A DNA stretch of 64,000 bases from positions 2,512 to 66,511 of the forward strand of contig CAMWIJ010000004.1 in NCBI GenBank assembly GCA_947174275.1. Reading direction: 5' to 3'. Both the position numbers and the translations under genes were made by a program. Every line of letters starts with the position of its first letter. Positions within the stretch are counted from its first letter, which is position 1. A model generated the notes under the pieces. It was given only the letters and a program-made list of their open reading frames with translations. It made no database searches and was not told the origin of the DNA. Source of the stretch: an uncultured Muribaculaceae bacterium. GTDB lineage: Bacteria; Bacteroidota; Bacteroidia; Bacteroidales; Muribaculaceae. Below, piece by piece: positions 8,773 to 18,669 of the stretch.

Positions 8773-10221
8773 ATGAAATCTATTTATAAATATATAACTG
8801 CCATAGCTCTGACCGGAGTTGCCGGACTGGCCGCCGACGCGGCGCCAAAGACTGCGGCCAAAGGCGGCAAGTCGATGGCGGAGATAGAGCAGATGATACG
8901 CCGCGGTGCTCTTGAAGAAGCGACCGAAGCGCTCGACTCCGCGGCCGCAGCGCAGCCGAAGAATGCGCAAATCGATTATCTGCGTGGCAAATGTCTTGTG
9001 GCTCGCAATGACGATGCCGGAGCTGCAGAGGCTTTTGAAAACGCACACCGCAAAGGCTCCAACGACGCGCTGCTCGAACTTGCGGAGATAGCAATCAGAG
9101 AATATCGCGTCGACGATGCCGAAAGCCATATAGATGACTACAAAGCGTATATCATCAAAAACAAACGCAAGAAGCTGACTGATGAATCGGGGGATATATC
9201 CTCACAACTGACGCGCACGCGGTCGATGCTCGAACGTGTGGAGAAAATCGTGGTGTTCGACTCCATCACAGTCGACAAAGATGCGTTTCTCGACGCTTAC
9301 AGGCTGTCGGCCGAAGCCGGTTCGCTTAACTATCCGGATATACTGCCTGAAGGGGTGGAATATTCCGACCCGACGGTGGTATACCGCACCGAGGACGGGC
9401 GCGAGATGCTGTGGGGCGCACTTAACGATGACAGCGCATTCACCCTGCGGTCGATAAACCGTCTTGCCGACAACAGCTGGGAGCAGCCGCAAAGCGTGGG
9501 TGACGGACTCGGACAGGACGGCGACGCCAACTACCCGTTTCTGATGCCCGACGGCGTGACGCTGTATTTCGCTTCCGACAACGAAGAGTCGCTCGGCGGC
9601 CTCGATATATTCATATCGCGCAACAACGGCACGGAATTTCTCCAGCCGCAGAACATCGGCATGCCGTATAACTCACCCTACGATGACTACATGCTCGCCA
9701 TCGACGAACTGACAGGCGTAGGCTTTTGGGCTTCTGACCGCAACCGCCTCGGCGACAAGGTGACGATATATATGTTCATACCCTCGCCAAGCCGCGTCAA
9801 TGTCGATCCCGACGACCCTACCCTTGCCCGCCGCGCAAGTCTTCGCTCCATACGCGACACATGGCCTGACAATGCCGATTTCAGCAACATACGGAAGGCT
9901 CTTGACAGCGTGAAAGACAATGTGAGGAAACGCGCTCGTCAGTTTGAGCTGTCGCTGCCCGACGGCCGTGTGCTGACCCGCTACGCACAGTTCACGTCGC
10001 AGCATGCCGCCGACATGATGTCGCAGTATGTGAGCCTGCTTAAAGCCACCGACGAAGCCCGCGAAAGGCTTGATGCCCTCCGGGCGCAATATGGCCGCGG
10101 CGACACAAGCGTAGGCCCGGAGATAATTACAATGGAAGATGACATCGTGCAGGCCGAAGCGCAGTTAAAACGTGTGGCCAACGATGTGATAAGAGCAGAG
10201 ATGGGAGGCAACGTAAAATGA
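8773..10221 (+). CDS. Exported TPR / PD40 (WD40-like) repeat protein
   Basis: Signal peptide from the ATG at 8773 (alternative start 8743), TPR-like helices, PD40-like repeats (NYPFLMPDGVTLYFASD, SLGGLDIF, NIGMPYNSPYDDY) and C-terminal coiled coil. Confidence 0.8.
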   Translation: MKSIYKYITAIALTGVAGLAADAAPKTAAKGGKSMAEIEQMIRRGALEEATEALDSAAAAQPKNAQIDYLRGKCLVARNDDAGAAEAFENAHRKGSNDALLELAEIAIREYRVDDAESHIDDYKAYIIKNKRKKLTDESGDISSQLTRTRSMLERVEKIVVFDSITVDKDAFLDAYRLSAEAGSLNYPDILPEGVEYSDPTVVYRTEDGREMLWGALNDDSAFTLRSINRLADNSWEQPQSVGDGLGQDGDANYPFLMPDGVTLYFASDNEESLGGLDIFISRNNGTEFLQPQNIGMPYNSPYDDYMLAIDELTGVGFWASDRNRLGDKVTIYMFIPSPSRVNVDPDDPTLARRASLRSIRDTWPDNADFSNIRKALDSVKDNVRKRARQFELSLPDGRVLTRYAQFTSQHAADMMSQYVSLLKATDEARERLDALRAQYGRGDTSVGPEIITMEDDIVQAEAQLKRVANDVIRAEMGGNVK

Positions 10222-11042
10222 TACATCAGATACTTGCCGACATCGGCGACAGCCGGCGATATACACTGCATTCGCACACTGAATTCTGCGACGGCCGCGC
10301 TACAATGGAAGCATTCGCGCGCAAGGCTGTCGAAGAGGAGTTTACCCACTACGGCTTCTCGCCCCACTCTCCCATCGCCATCCCCTCTCCCTGCAACATG
10401 CTCCGCGACAACGTAGCCCGCTATGACGAGGAGTATCGTCGCATCAACGAAGAGTATGGCGACCGCGTGAAGTTTTACCGCTCGATGGAGATAGACTATC
10501 TTGGTGACGAATGGGGTCCGGCACATGACTATTTCACATCGCTTGGCCTCGACTACTCCATCGGTTCGGTGCATTTCATACCATGCCAGTCGGGAGAGTA
10601 TGTCGATATTGACGGCAACTTCGAGAATTTCAAAAAGAAAATGGATAAATATTTCCGCAACGACATACGCTATGTGGTTGAAACTTTCTATCAGCAGTCA
10701 TGCAAAATGGTTGAGACAGGAGGATTTGACATCATAGGCCATCTCGACAAGGTCGGCTGCAATGCAGGCTATTTTCAGCCCGGCATCGAGGACGAGCCGT
10801 GGTATCAGGCACTGCTCGACGACCTTATCCACCGTGTGACCGATGCCGGCGTAGTCGTTGAAATCAACACAAAGGCATGGCACCAGCACAGCCGCATGTT
10901 CCCGCGCATCGACAAATGGAAAAAACTTGTAGACGCAGGAACCCGTCTTGTTGTGAACAGCGACGTGCATGTGCCCGCGCTCATCAATGCCGGACGCGAC
11001 GAAGCCTACACCCGTCTTGACAGCATCACCGACGCCGTATAG
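10218..11042 (+). CDS. Histidinol-phosphatase, PHP (HisJ/HisK) family
   Basis: HSHTEFCDG, GFSPHSP, IGSVH, GHLD, EINT and NSDVH PHP motifs; ATGA overlap with the upstream gene. Confidence 0.85.
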   Translation: MIHQILADIGDSRRYTLHSHTEFCDGRATMEAFARKAVEEEFTHYGFSPHSPIAIPSPCNMLRDNVARYDEEYRRINEEYGDRVKFYRSMEIDYLGDEWGPAHDYFTSLGLDYSIGSVHFIPCQSGEYVDIDGNFENFKKKMDKYFRNDIRYVVETFYQQSCKMVETGGFDIIGHLDKVGCNAGYFQPGIEDEPWYQALLDDLIHRVTDAGVVVEINTKAWHQHSRMFPRIDKWKKLVDAGTRLVVNSDVHVPALINAGRDEAYTRLDSITDAV

Positions 11043-11094
11043 CCATTTACGGTTTATCTTCAATACAACACTATAATACATCTATATATAACCA

Positions 11095-12027
11095 ATGCCG
11101 GTAAAAGTAGACGAAACGCTCCCCGCAGTGGAGCAACTGAAAAAAGAGAATATATTTGTGATGGGCGAACGCCGTGCATCGTCGCAGGACATACGTCCGC
11201 TGCGCATTGCGGTGCTCAATCTCATGCCCATCAAAATAATGGCCGAGACCGACCTGCTGCGACTGCTTTCCAACACACCGCTGCAGATCGAGCTTGACCT
11301 TATTGATACCGGAGCCCACGATTCACGCAACACCCCTGAGGAGCACATAGCGGCATTCTACAAGAGATTTGACGAAATCGAACAGAACTACTATGACGGA
11401 TTTATAGTGACCGGAGCGCCTGTCGAACGGCTCAAATTTGAAGATGTGGACTATTGGCAACGCCTCACGGAGATTTTCGATTGGGCGCGCACCCATGCCA
11501 CATCTACATTATATATATGCTGGGCTGCATTCGCCGCCATGTATCACTTCTACGGCATCGACAAGGTGATGCTCGACGAAAAGATATCAGGAGTGTTCCG
11601 TCATCGGTGCACTGACCCGCTCAACCCGTTGCTGCGCGGTTTCGACGACACATTCCATGTGCCACACAGCCGCTACGCCACGGTCGACCCGTCAGACATC
11701 GAAGCATGTGAAGGGCTGGAGATACTGGCAGAGAGCCCCGAAAGCGGAGTATATATAGTAATGGGACGCGACGGACGAGAATTTTTCATCACCGGACATT
11801 CGGAATACTCGCCTATGACGCTTGACTTCGAATATCGCCGCGATCTCGAAAAAGGAATAAATCCCAAAGTGCCATGCAACTATTATCCTGACGACGACCC
11901 CGCCAACACGCCGTCGGTCAAGTGGCGCAGCCATGCCAACCTGCTGTTCTCCAACTGGCTGAACTACTATGTCTACCAGCAGACACCATTCAATCTTTCC
12001 GACCTTGCATTGATGAAGAATATATGA
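11095..12027 (+). CDS. metA: MetA-family homoserine O-acyltransferase (probably acetyl-specific)
   Basis: RPLRIAVLNLMP, TGAPVE, ICWAA (catalytic Cys), PHSR, GHSEY and WRSHANLLFSNWLNYYVYQ. Confidence 0.95.
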   Translation: MPVKVDETLPAVEQLKKENIFVMGERRASSQDIRPLRIAVLNLMPIKIMAETDLLRLLSNTPLQIELDLIDTGAHDSRNTPEEHIAAFYKRFDEIEQNYYDGFIVTGAPVERLKFEDVDYWQRLTEIFDWARTHATSTLYICWAAFAAMYHFYGIDKVMLDEKISGVFRHRCTDPLNPLLRGFDDTFHVPHSRYATVDPSDIEACEGLEILAESPESGVYIVMGRDGREFFITGHSEYSPMTLDFEYRRDLEKGINPKVPCNYYPDDDPANTPSVKWRSHANLLFSNWLNYYVYQQTPFNLSDLALMKNI

Positions 12028-13877
12028 CCACGCAACCACGCACACTGGAACTGCTCGCGCCGGCTCGCACTACAGCAATCGCACGCGAAGCGATATTGCA
12101 CGGCGCAGACGCCGTATATATCGGTGCGCCGAGCCATGGTGCCCGTGCGAAGGCCGGCAACTCAATTGACGACATACGCAGCCTCGTAGAGTTCGCAGCT
12201 CCGTTCGGGGTAAAAATCTATGTAACGGTCAACACCATCATATATGATGACGAGCTTGACGCCGTAGAGAAGATGATCCGGGAACTGTATGAAGCCGGTG
12301 TCGACGCGCTGATTGTGCAGGATATGGCGATTGCAGAGATGCGGCTTCCTCCCATACAGCTGCATGCCAGCACCCAGTGCGACACCCGCGATGCAGCAAA
12401 GGCCCGCTGGCTTCAGGATTGCGGCATGTCGCAGATTGTCATAGCGCGTGAAACCGGGCTTGACACTATCAGGGAAATTTACGCAGCTGTCGATGTGCCC
12501 CTAGAGGCATTCGTGCATGGCGCACTCTGCGTGAGCTATAGCGGCGACTGCCGGGCAAGCCAGGTGCTGACCGGGCGGAGCGCCAACCGCGGCAACTGCG
12601 CACAGATGTGCCGTCTCCCCTATACCCTTGTCGACGGCAACGGACGCATTGTCGGACAAAAACATTACCTCTCGCTCCGCGACATGAACCGGCTGGCGTC
12701 TCTTGCCGAAATGGCCGATGCCGGCATCTCCTCTTTCAAAATCGAAGGCCGGCTGAAAGACGCCTCATACGTCAAGGAAGTCACACTTGCCTACAGGCAG
12801 GCACTTGACCGGATTATTGATGCCAACCCCGAGCGCTACCGCCGTGCATCCCGCGGCACAGTGAATGCCGAGTTTATACCCGACCTCACAAAATCGTTCA
12901 ACCGCGGATACACTGACTATTTCCTGCATGGCGGCAAGACCGGAAGCGCCAACCGCGGCATCGCATCACTCGACACTCCCAAAGCTATCGGGGAGTATGT
13001 CGGAAAAGTGCGCCACGCAGCTTCAGGAGGAATAGACGCCACGCTCAAAACCACACTTGTCAATGGCGACGGGCTGTCGTATATCACACAAGACGGACTC
13101 ACCGGAGGCTTCAGAGCCAACCGCGTGTCAGGCAACCGCATATTCCCGGCAGAGAGGATATCGCTTCCGGCAGGCACGCGCCTCTACCGCTCCTTCGACA
13201 AGGAACGTGAAGAGATGCTCGGACGTCAGTCGGCAACACGTCTAATCGGCATCGACATTGTAATCGAGCGGCACACCGATGACACGATATCCCTTTCAGG
13301 AAGCATCGCTGACACAGGCACAGTGACCGTAACGGCCACGCAGACAGTCATGCAGGCAAAGAGCAATCCCGCCGAACACCGCCGTCAGCAACTGTCGAAG
13401 TGGGGCGGCACGATTTTCACCGTTGCCGGATATGACGACCGTCTGGGCAACGAGTTTGTGCCCGCATCGCAGCTTTCCGACATGCGGCGCCGACTGGCAG
13501 CGGCGCTTACCGCAACGCTTGCCGCGCGGCGCGATATACCGCGTCCCCAGGCATCCCCGTCAAGGCCACTCCCGCCCGAGGGAAGCAGGATAACCCACCG
13601 CGGCAACGTGTCAAACCGTCTTGCTGAAAAATTCTACCGCCACTGTGGCGTCACCGATATCGAACCGGCCATTGAAATCAGGAAGCCCGCGGGAAAAACA
13701 CCGCTGACGCTCATGGAGACACGCTACTGCCTGCGCCGCGAACTCGGGGCATGCCTGCGCGACAACGGAGCCGACTCTCTGCCCGAGCCCCTGACACTCA
13801 AAGGCCAGGGATTTGAAATGCGTCTGCGTTTTGATTGCGCTAATTGCAGAATGCGGGTGGATTATCTTGGTAAATAA
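12024..13877 (+). CDS. U32-family protein, RlhA-like (23S rRNA hydroxylation) with DUF3656-like C-terminus
   Basis: LELLAPA, GADAVYIG, HASTQ, EAFVHGALCVSYSGDC, ANRGNCAQMCRLPY and KIEGR. Likely start is ATG 12024, overlapping the metA stop. Confidence 0.9.
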   Translation: MTTQPRTLELLAPARTTAIAREAILHGADAVYIGAPSHGARAKAGNSIDDIRSLVEFAAPFGVKIYVTVNTIIYDDELDAVEKMIRELYEAGVDALIVQDMAIAEMRLPPIQLHASTQCDTRDAAKARWLQDCGMSQIVIARETGLDTIREIYAAVDVPLEAFVHGALCVSYSGDCRASQVLTGRSANRGNCAQMCRLPYTLVDGNGRIVGQKHYLSLRDMNRLASLAEMADAGISSFKIEGRLKDASYVKEVTLAYRQALDRIIDANPERYRRASRGTVNAEFIPDLTKSFNRGYTDYFLHGGKTGSANRGIASLDTPKAIGEYVGKVRHAASGGIDATLKTTLVNGDGLSYITQDGLTGGFRANRVSGNRIFPAERISLPAGTRLYRSFDKEREEMLGRQSATRLIGIDIVIERHTDDTISLSGSIADTGTVTVTATQTVMQAKSNPAEHRRQQLSKWGGTIFTVAGYDDRLGNEFVPASQLSDMRRRLAAALTATLAARRDIPRPQASPSRPLPPEGSRITHRGNVSNRLAEKFYRHCGVTDIEPAIEIRKPAGKTPLTLMETRYCLRRELGACLRDNGADSLPEPLTLKGQGFEMRLRFDCANCRMRVDYLGK

Positions 13878-13945
13878 CTCAAATATATTTAAATTTGCAC
13901 GTATAATTAATAACCTAACTAATCTCTAACAAACGATTTTAACTC

Positions 13946-14989
13946 ATGTCAACAAAAAAAGAACGCATCCTCGTGACAGGCGGAACCGGATACATCGGCT
14001 CACACACAGTGGTTGAACTCCAGCAGGCAGGCTATCCGGTAGTAATCATCGATGACCTGTCAAACTCAAATATCGATGTGCTCGACGGAATAGAGCGCAT
14101 CACCGGCATACGTCCGGACTTCGTTGAAGCGTCATGCACAGACATCGCCGCCCTCACAAAACTGTTTGCCGACTATCCCGACATACGCGGCATCATCAAT
14201 TTCGCCGCATCAAAAGCTGTCGGCGAGTCAATGGAGAAACCTATTCTCTATTACCGCAACAACCTCAACACACTGATGAACCTTCTCGAGCTCATGACAC
14301 CCAACCATGTCAAAGGCATAGTGTTCTCATCATCGTGCACCGTTTACGGCGAGCCTGATGTCAACCCCGTCACCGAGCAGTCGCCTATCAAGAAAGCCAC
14401 ATCGCCCTACGGCAACACCAAACAGATATCAGAGGAGATCATAACCGACGTAATAAATGCCGGCGCGCCCTTCAAGAGCATCATACTCCGCTACTTCAAT
14501 CCTGTCGGCGCCCACCCGTCGGCAGAAATCGGCGAGCTCCCCAACGGTGTACCCCAGAACCTTATCCCTTACGTGACCCAGACCGCCATAGGTATACGCA
14601 AGGAACTCAGCGTATTCGGCGACGACTATAACACCCCCGACGGATACTGCATACGCGACTTCATCAACGTGGTCGACCTCGCAAAAGCCCACGTAATCGC
14701 CGTAGAGCGCATGCTCACCGACAAGAGCGACGCCAAAATTGAAATCTTCAACCTCGGCACAGGCACCGGCCTGTCGGTAAAAGAGCTTCTCGACTCGTTT
14801 GAACGTGCCACCGGAGTGAAAGTGCCCCACAAAGTTGTAGGACGCCGCGCCGGTGACATCGAGAAAGTATGGGCCGACCCGTCGTATGCCAACAATGTGC
14901 TCGGCTGGAAAGCTGAGACCCCCATCGACGACACAATGCGTTCGGCATGGGCCTGGCAGAAAAAGCTCCGCGAACGCGGCATCATGTAA
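13946..14989 (+). CDS. galE: UDP-glucose 4-epimerase
   Basis: ILVTGGTGYIGSHT, KAVGES, FSSSCTVYG, YGNTK, LRYFNP and RD-x-I-x-V-x-DLA. Confidence 0.96.
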   Translation: MSTKKERILVTGGTGYIGSHTVVELQQAGYPVVIIDDLSNSNIDVLDGIERITGIRPDFVEASCTDIAALTKLFADYPDIRGIINFAASKAVGESMEKPILYYRNNLNTLMNLLELMTPNHVKGIVFSSSCTVYGEPDVNPVTEQSPIKKATSPYGNTKQISEEIITDVINAGAPFKSIILRYFNPVGAHPSAEIGELPNGVPQNLIPYVTQTAIGIRKELSVFGDDYNTPDGYCIRDFINVVDLAKAHVIAVERMLTDKSDAKIEIFNLGTGTGLSVKELLDSFERATGVKVPHKVVGRRAGDIEKVWADPSYANNVLGWKAETPIDDTMRSAWAWQKKLRERGIM

Positions 14990-15025
14990 GAGTGCGTTTA
15001 ATAATTAACAAAAACCGATAAAACG

Positions 15026-16327
15026 ATGAAACGACTGCTGATCGGGCTTTTTGCCTTGACATGTCTCACGGGATACTCACAAAAAGCCCGTCAGGAAATT
15101 GCCGACACTCCGGCCAAAGCAGGCGGCGTGTATTACGCTTACCCCGTCACGGAAAGCGACAACACTCCCGCTCCAAAAGGCTACACTCCATTTTATGTAA
15201 GCCACTACGGACGTCACGGCTCACGCTATCTCATCTCCGACAAAGACTATGCCGGAGTGATTGACGTGATGCGCAAGGCTCACGAGGCAGGAAGCCTTAC
15301 GCCACTCGGCGAAAAGGTGTATGCCGACCTTCTGCGTGTGTGGGAGGAGGCCGAAGGACGCGGCGGTGAGCTGACACCGCTTGGCGCGCGACAGCATCAC
15401 GATATCGCACAACGCATGTATAAGGCCTATCCGCAGGCATTTGCAAAAGACGCCGAGATAACAGCCGCATCTACACAGGTGATGCGCTGCGCGCACTCGA
15501 TGTTCAATTTCATCGAAGGGCTGAAAGAGCTCGACCCGTCACTGACGATACCTAAGGAATCAAACGCCCGCAACATGAGTTATCTCTGTCACAGCGAGCC
15601 TCCGTCGTGGGACTTCAATGACAACAAGGGACGTCTGCAATGGAAACCGGAGTACAACAGATGGCGCGGCGGCAAGGTTAATCCCGAGCGTCTGATGTCG
15701 TCGCTTTTCAACGACAGCCGCTATGTGAAGGAAAATGTCTTTGCCGACGAACTTCTGTGGGGGCTCTACTGGATTGCCGTCGACATGCAGAACATGGAGA
15801 CCGAAGCCGACTTCATCAGTCTGTTCACCCCCGACGAACTGTATGACCTCTGGGAGGTAATCAACGCATCGTTTTATATCACGAACTCAAGTTACCCGCG
15901 CAGCGACGGTCTCAACGTCGACAACGCGAAAAACCTTCTGCGCAACATACTCAACACCGCCGACAGCTATGTCGACAACGGACGACACGGAGCCACACTC
16001 CGTTTCGGCCACGACGGAAACATCGTGCCGCTTGCCGCTCTGATGCGTTTCACAGGCTGTCACGGTTATTCCGCCGGACTCGATGACATTGCCGAAGTGT
16101 GGCAGTCATATAATATCTCTCCCATGGCCTCCAACATGCAGATGATATTCTTCCGCAACAAACAGGGTGATGTCATTATCAAGTTCATGATGAACGAGAA
16201 GGAGACAGCCATCGACATGCCGAGCGATATTTTCCCGTTCTACCGATGGGAAGAAGTCCGCAAATATTTCAATGAGGCAATCGACACCCCGTCGATTGAG
16301 TTTTGTCCTAAAGAATTACGCCAATGA
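15026..16327 (+). CDS. Secreted histidine acid phosphatase (phytase / multiple inositol polyphosphate phosphatase-like)
   Basis: Signal peptide, RHGSRY catalytic motif, GELTPLG and RFGHD. Confidence 0.88.
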   Translation: MKRLLIGLFALTCLTGYSQKARQEIADTPAKAGGVYYAYPVTESDNTPAPKGYTPFYVSHYGRHGSRYLISDKDYAGVIDVMRKAHEAGSLTPLGEKVYADLLRVWEEAEGRGGELTPLGARQHHDIAQRMYKAYPQAFAKDAEITAASTQVMRCAHSMFNFIEGLKELDPSLTIPKESNARNMSYLCHSEPPSWDFNDNKGRLQWKPEYNRWRGGKVNPERLMSSLFNDSRYVKENVFADELLWGLYWIAVDMQNMETEADFISLFTPDELYDLWEVINASFYITNSSYPRSDGLNVDNAKNLLRNILNTADSYVDNGRHGATLRFGHDGNIVPLAALMRFTGCHGYSAGLDDIAEVWQSYNISPMASNMQMIFFRNKQGDVIIKFMMNEKETAIDMPSDIFPFYRWEEVRKYFNEAIDTPSIEFCPKELRQ

Positions 16328-16791
16328 AAAAGCTGCTTGCACTATTTGCCGCGCTATCGATAATGACCTTTACGTCATGTTCAAAGAGCGACGGAGAGGA
16401 AGAAAAGTTCAACAAAACTGAAACATGCGCCCTCATATCGGAATACGATGCAAACGGAGGCTCGCTCACCCCCGGGCAGTATTCAATACTGATAAAGAAC
16501 ACCCGCATGCTGTTCAGCGACATCAAGAGTTGTATGAAAGAGCTTATGGAGATAAGCGAACCGCTGCGGTTCGCGCAGGAATACCAAAAGCTCCGCCACG
16601 ACAGTGAATTTATCGACCGGCTTGTTGTCAGGGAGCAGGTATGGCGTGTGCTTATTCTTGGACAGAAAGGATTTTCGGAAGAGAACAAAGCCGAGTTCAG
16701 CGATCTGCCTGACGAATGCATGCTTATCGACTACTATGACGATTGCATACGCACTCGTATCACCGATGCTGAAAACGACAGCATAATGTAA
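16324..16791 (+). CDS. Hypothetical lipoprotein
   Basis: MKKLLALFAALSIMTFTS-C lipobox followed by SKSDGEE; ATGA overlap with the phosphatase; terminator follows. Confidence 0.75.
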   Translation: MKKLLALFAALSIMTFTSCSKSDGEEEKFNKTETCALISEYDANGGSLTPGQYSILIKNTRMLFSDIKSCMKELMEISEPLRFAQEYQKLRHDSEFIDRLVVREQVWRVLILGQKGFSEENKAEFSDLPDECMLIDYYDDCIRTRITDAENDSIM

Positions 16792-16805
16792 TGGCAGTAT
16801 AGAAT

Positions 16806-16862
16806 AAACAGCGGCACAATGGCCGGAGACATTACGTCCCATTCATTGTGCCGCTGTTTTTT
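16806..16862. terminator. Intrinsic terminator (probably bidirectional) between the lipoprotein gene and surE
   Basis: 16-bp inverted repeat aaacagcggcacaatg / cattgtgccgctgttt followed by a T run. Confidence 0.8.
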
Positions 16863-16873
16863 ATGTAATCACG

Positions 16874-17644
16874 TCAGCCAATTATAGCCTCTACAGCTTT
16901 TATCGCGCTGACGTTTGTCTGGTCGGGAGTGACAGGCACAACCGTCGCATAGTTGCGGTCAAGCCAATAGAGGTCGGTGTCGTCGGCGTCAGGCTCGTCG
17001 TTGATCTGCTTTCCGGTGAGCCAGTAGAACGGACGCCCCGACGGGTCGGTATATTCTCGGTATTCTTCTGTCCAGTGACTTTTGGCCGAGCGCACCACTC
17101 TGAGCCCTTCGATTTCCACCTTAGCGGGAAAATTCACATTAAGACACAGCCCTTCGGGCAATCCCGACGCGATGACCGCACGCGATATCTTCTCTACATA
17201 AGGCATCGCCTGCGTGAAGTCGGCGGCCATTGAATGATGTGTCAGCGAATATCCTATCGCCGGTATTCCTATCATGCAGGCCTCCATGACAGCCCCCATA
17301 GTGCCGGAATATATGAGATTGTTGCCGGCATTGGAGCCGTGGTTTATGCCGCACAGCATGAGATCGGGACGTCGCGGCAATATATTGTGCATGGCGAGCT
17401 TTATGCAGTCGACCGGCGTACCGCTGACACTGAATACGCGCACATTGCCGTCATATCCGCTGTTGTCATGCTCGGTGATGCGCAGCGGAGTGTTGACCGA
17501 CATGGCCGACGACATGCCCGACTGCGGAGCTGACGGCGCCACGATATAGACATCACCCAGCCGCTGTGCGATGCCGGCCAGCACGTGTATGCCGGGAGCA
17601 GCGATTCCGTCATCATTGCTTATAAGTATCAAAGGAGTTTCCAT
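16874..17644 (-). CDS. surE: 5'/3'-nucleotidase SurE
   Basis: ILISNDDG, VAP..QSG, GTPVDC, GINHGSN and YSGT; likely start METPL at 17644. Confidence 0.95.
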   Translation of the reverse strand: METPLILISNDDGIAAPGIHVLAGIAQRLGDVYIVAPSAPQSGMSSAMSVNTPLRITEHDNSGYDGNVRVFSVSGTPVDCIKLAMHNILPRRPDLMLCGINHGSNAGNNLIYSGTMGAVMEACMIGIPAIGYSLTHHSMAADFTQAMPYVEKISRAVIASGLPEGLCLNVNFPAKVEIEGLRVVRSAKSHWTEEYREYTDPSGRPFYWLTGKQINDEPDADDTDLYWLDRNYATVVPVTPDQTNVSAIKAVEAIIG

Positions 17645-17728
17645 AATCAAAATAAGTATGTGTTCTATCTGATAACAAAGATACTCAATAGCGGCGAAAT
17701 ACACAAATTCGCAATGTTCCACGGCCAC

Positions 17729-17757
17729 TTATCAACAATCATCAACAGTTATCAACA
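17729..17757 (+). repeat. Three tandem T(T/C)ATCAACA boxes at 10-bp period (DnaA-box-like) between surE and parA
   Basis: ttatcaaca 17729, tcatcaaca 17739, ttatcaaca 17749. The repeat is directly visible; the DnaA assignment is inference. Confidence 0.55.
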
Positions 17758-17840
17758 TATTTGGTTCTTTGATGATTATTAACTTTGCAATGCCGGCGAA
17801 ATGTTGTTTATTTGCACCGTGAAACATTTTTCAATCTAAT

Positions 17841-18611
17841 ATGTGTATGGGAAAAATCATCGCGATAGCCAACCAGAAAGGAGGAGTCGGGAAAACAACC
17901 ACGACCATCAATCTCGGAGCCTCTCTCGCTTCGTCGGGGAAACGCACGCTGATCATTGACGCCGACCCGCAGGCCAACGCCACTTCAGGTTACGGCATCG
18001 ACCCGCGCTCAATGACATCGTCGATTTATGAATGTCTGGTCGACGGATATCCCGTCGACGGCTCACAAGTAAAGACCTGCGTCGAAAACCTCGATCTCGT
18101 GGGCTCGCGCATTGACCTCGCAGGCGCTGAAATAGAACTCATCAACAAGCCCAACCGCGAGCGCGTGCTTGCCAATCTGCTCGAACCGCTCAAGACGGTC
18201 TACGACTATATACTTATCGACTGCTCCCCTTCTCTCGGCCTCATCACGGTCAATGCCCTCACCGCCGCCAACTCCGTAATCATTCCGGTGCAGGCCGAAT
18301 ATTTCGCACTCGAAGGAATATCAAAGCTGCTCAACACGATACGCATCATAAAGTCGAAGCTCAATCCCTCACTTGAAATCGAAGGATTTCTGCTCACGAT
18401 GTATGACGCGCGTCTGCGTCTTGCCAACCAGATCTATGAAGAGCTCAAGGGTCACTTCGCCGACATGGTATTTGACACCGTGATACCACGCAACATACGT
18501 CTGAGCGAAGCTCCGTCACACGGACTTCCGGCAATACTCTACGACCCGGAAAGCCGCGGCGCAACGTCTCACATCATGCTCGCAAAGGAAATAATCGGAA
18601 AAAACAGATAA
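17841..18611 (+). CDS. parA: Chromosome partitioning ATPase ParA (Soj)
   Basis: NQKGGVGKTTT deviant Walker A, DADPQANAT, IDCSPSLG and IPRNIRLSEAPSHG; start may be 17847. Confidence 0.96.
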   Translation: MCMGKIIAIANQKGGVGKTTTTINLGASLASSGKRTLIIDADPQANATSGYGIDPRSMTSSIYECLVDGYPVDGSQVKTCVENLDLVGSRIDLAGAEIELINKPNRERVLANLLEPLKTVYDYILIDCSPSLGLITVNALTAANSVIIPVQAEYFALEGISKLLNTIRIIKSKLNPSLEIEGFLLTMYDARLRLANQIYEELKGHFADMVFDTVIPRNIRLSEAPSHGLPAILYDPESRGATSHIMLAKEIIGKNR

Positions 18612-18669
18612 CGGCATCTCAGACAACAACGCAACTGACTTACAAACAACCATCGAACATAAGAATACA

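Noticed and set aside
11922-12023. N-terminal extensions in the ORF track for U32, guaA, surE, susC, susD and vanZ
   Set aside because: They overlap neighbouring genes or promoter elements; downstream ATGs match the family N-termini or signal peptides.
17715-17826. A complete parS site or oriC
   Set aside because: Only half-sites match parS (10-11 of 16 over the full length), and there is no dnaA gene or extended unwinding element; kept only as a tentative finding.
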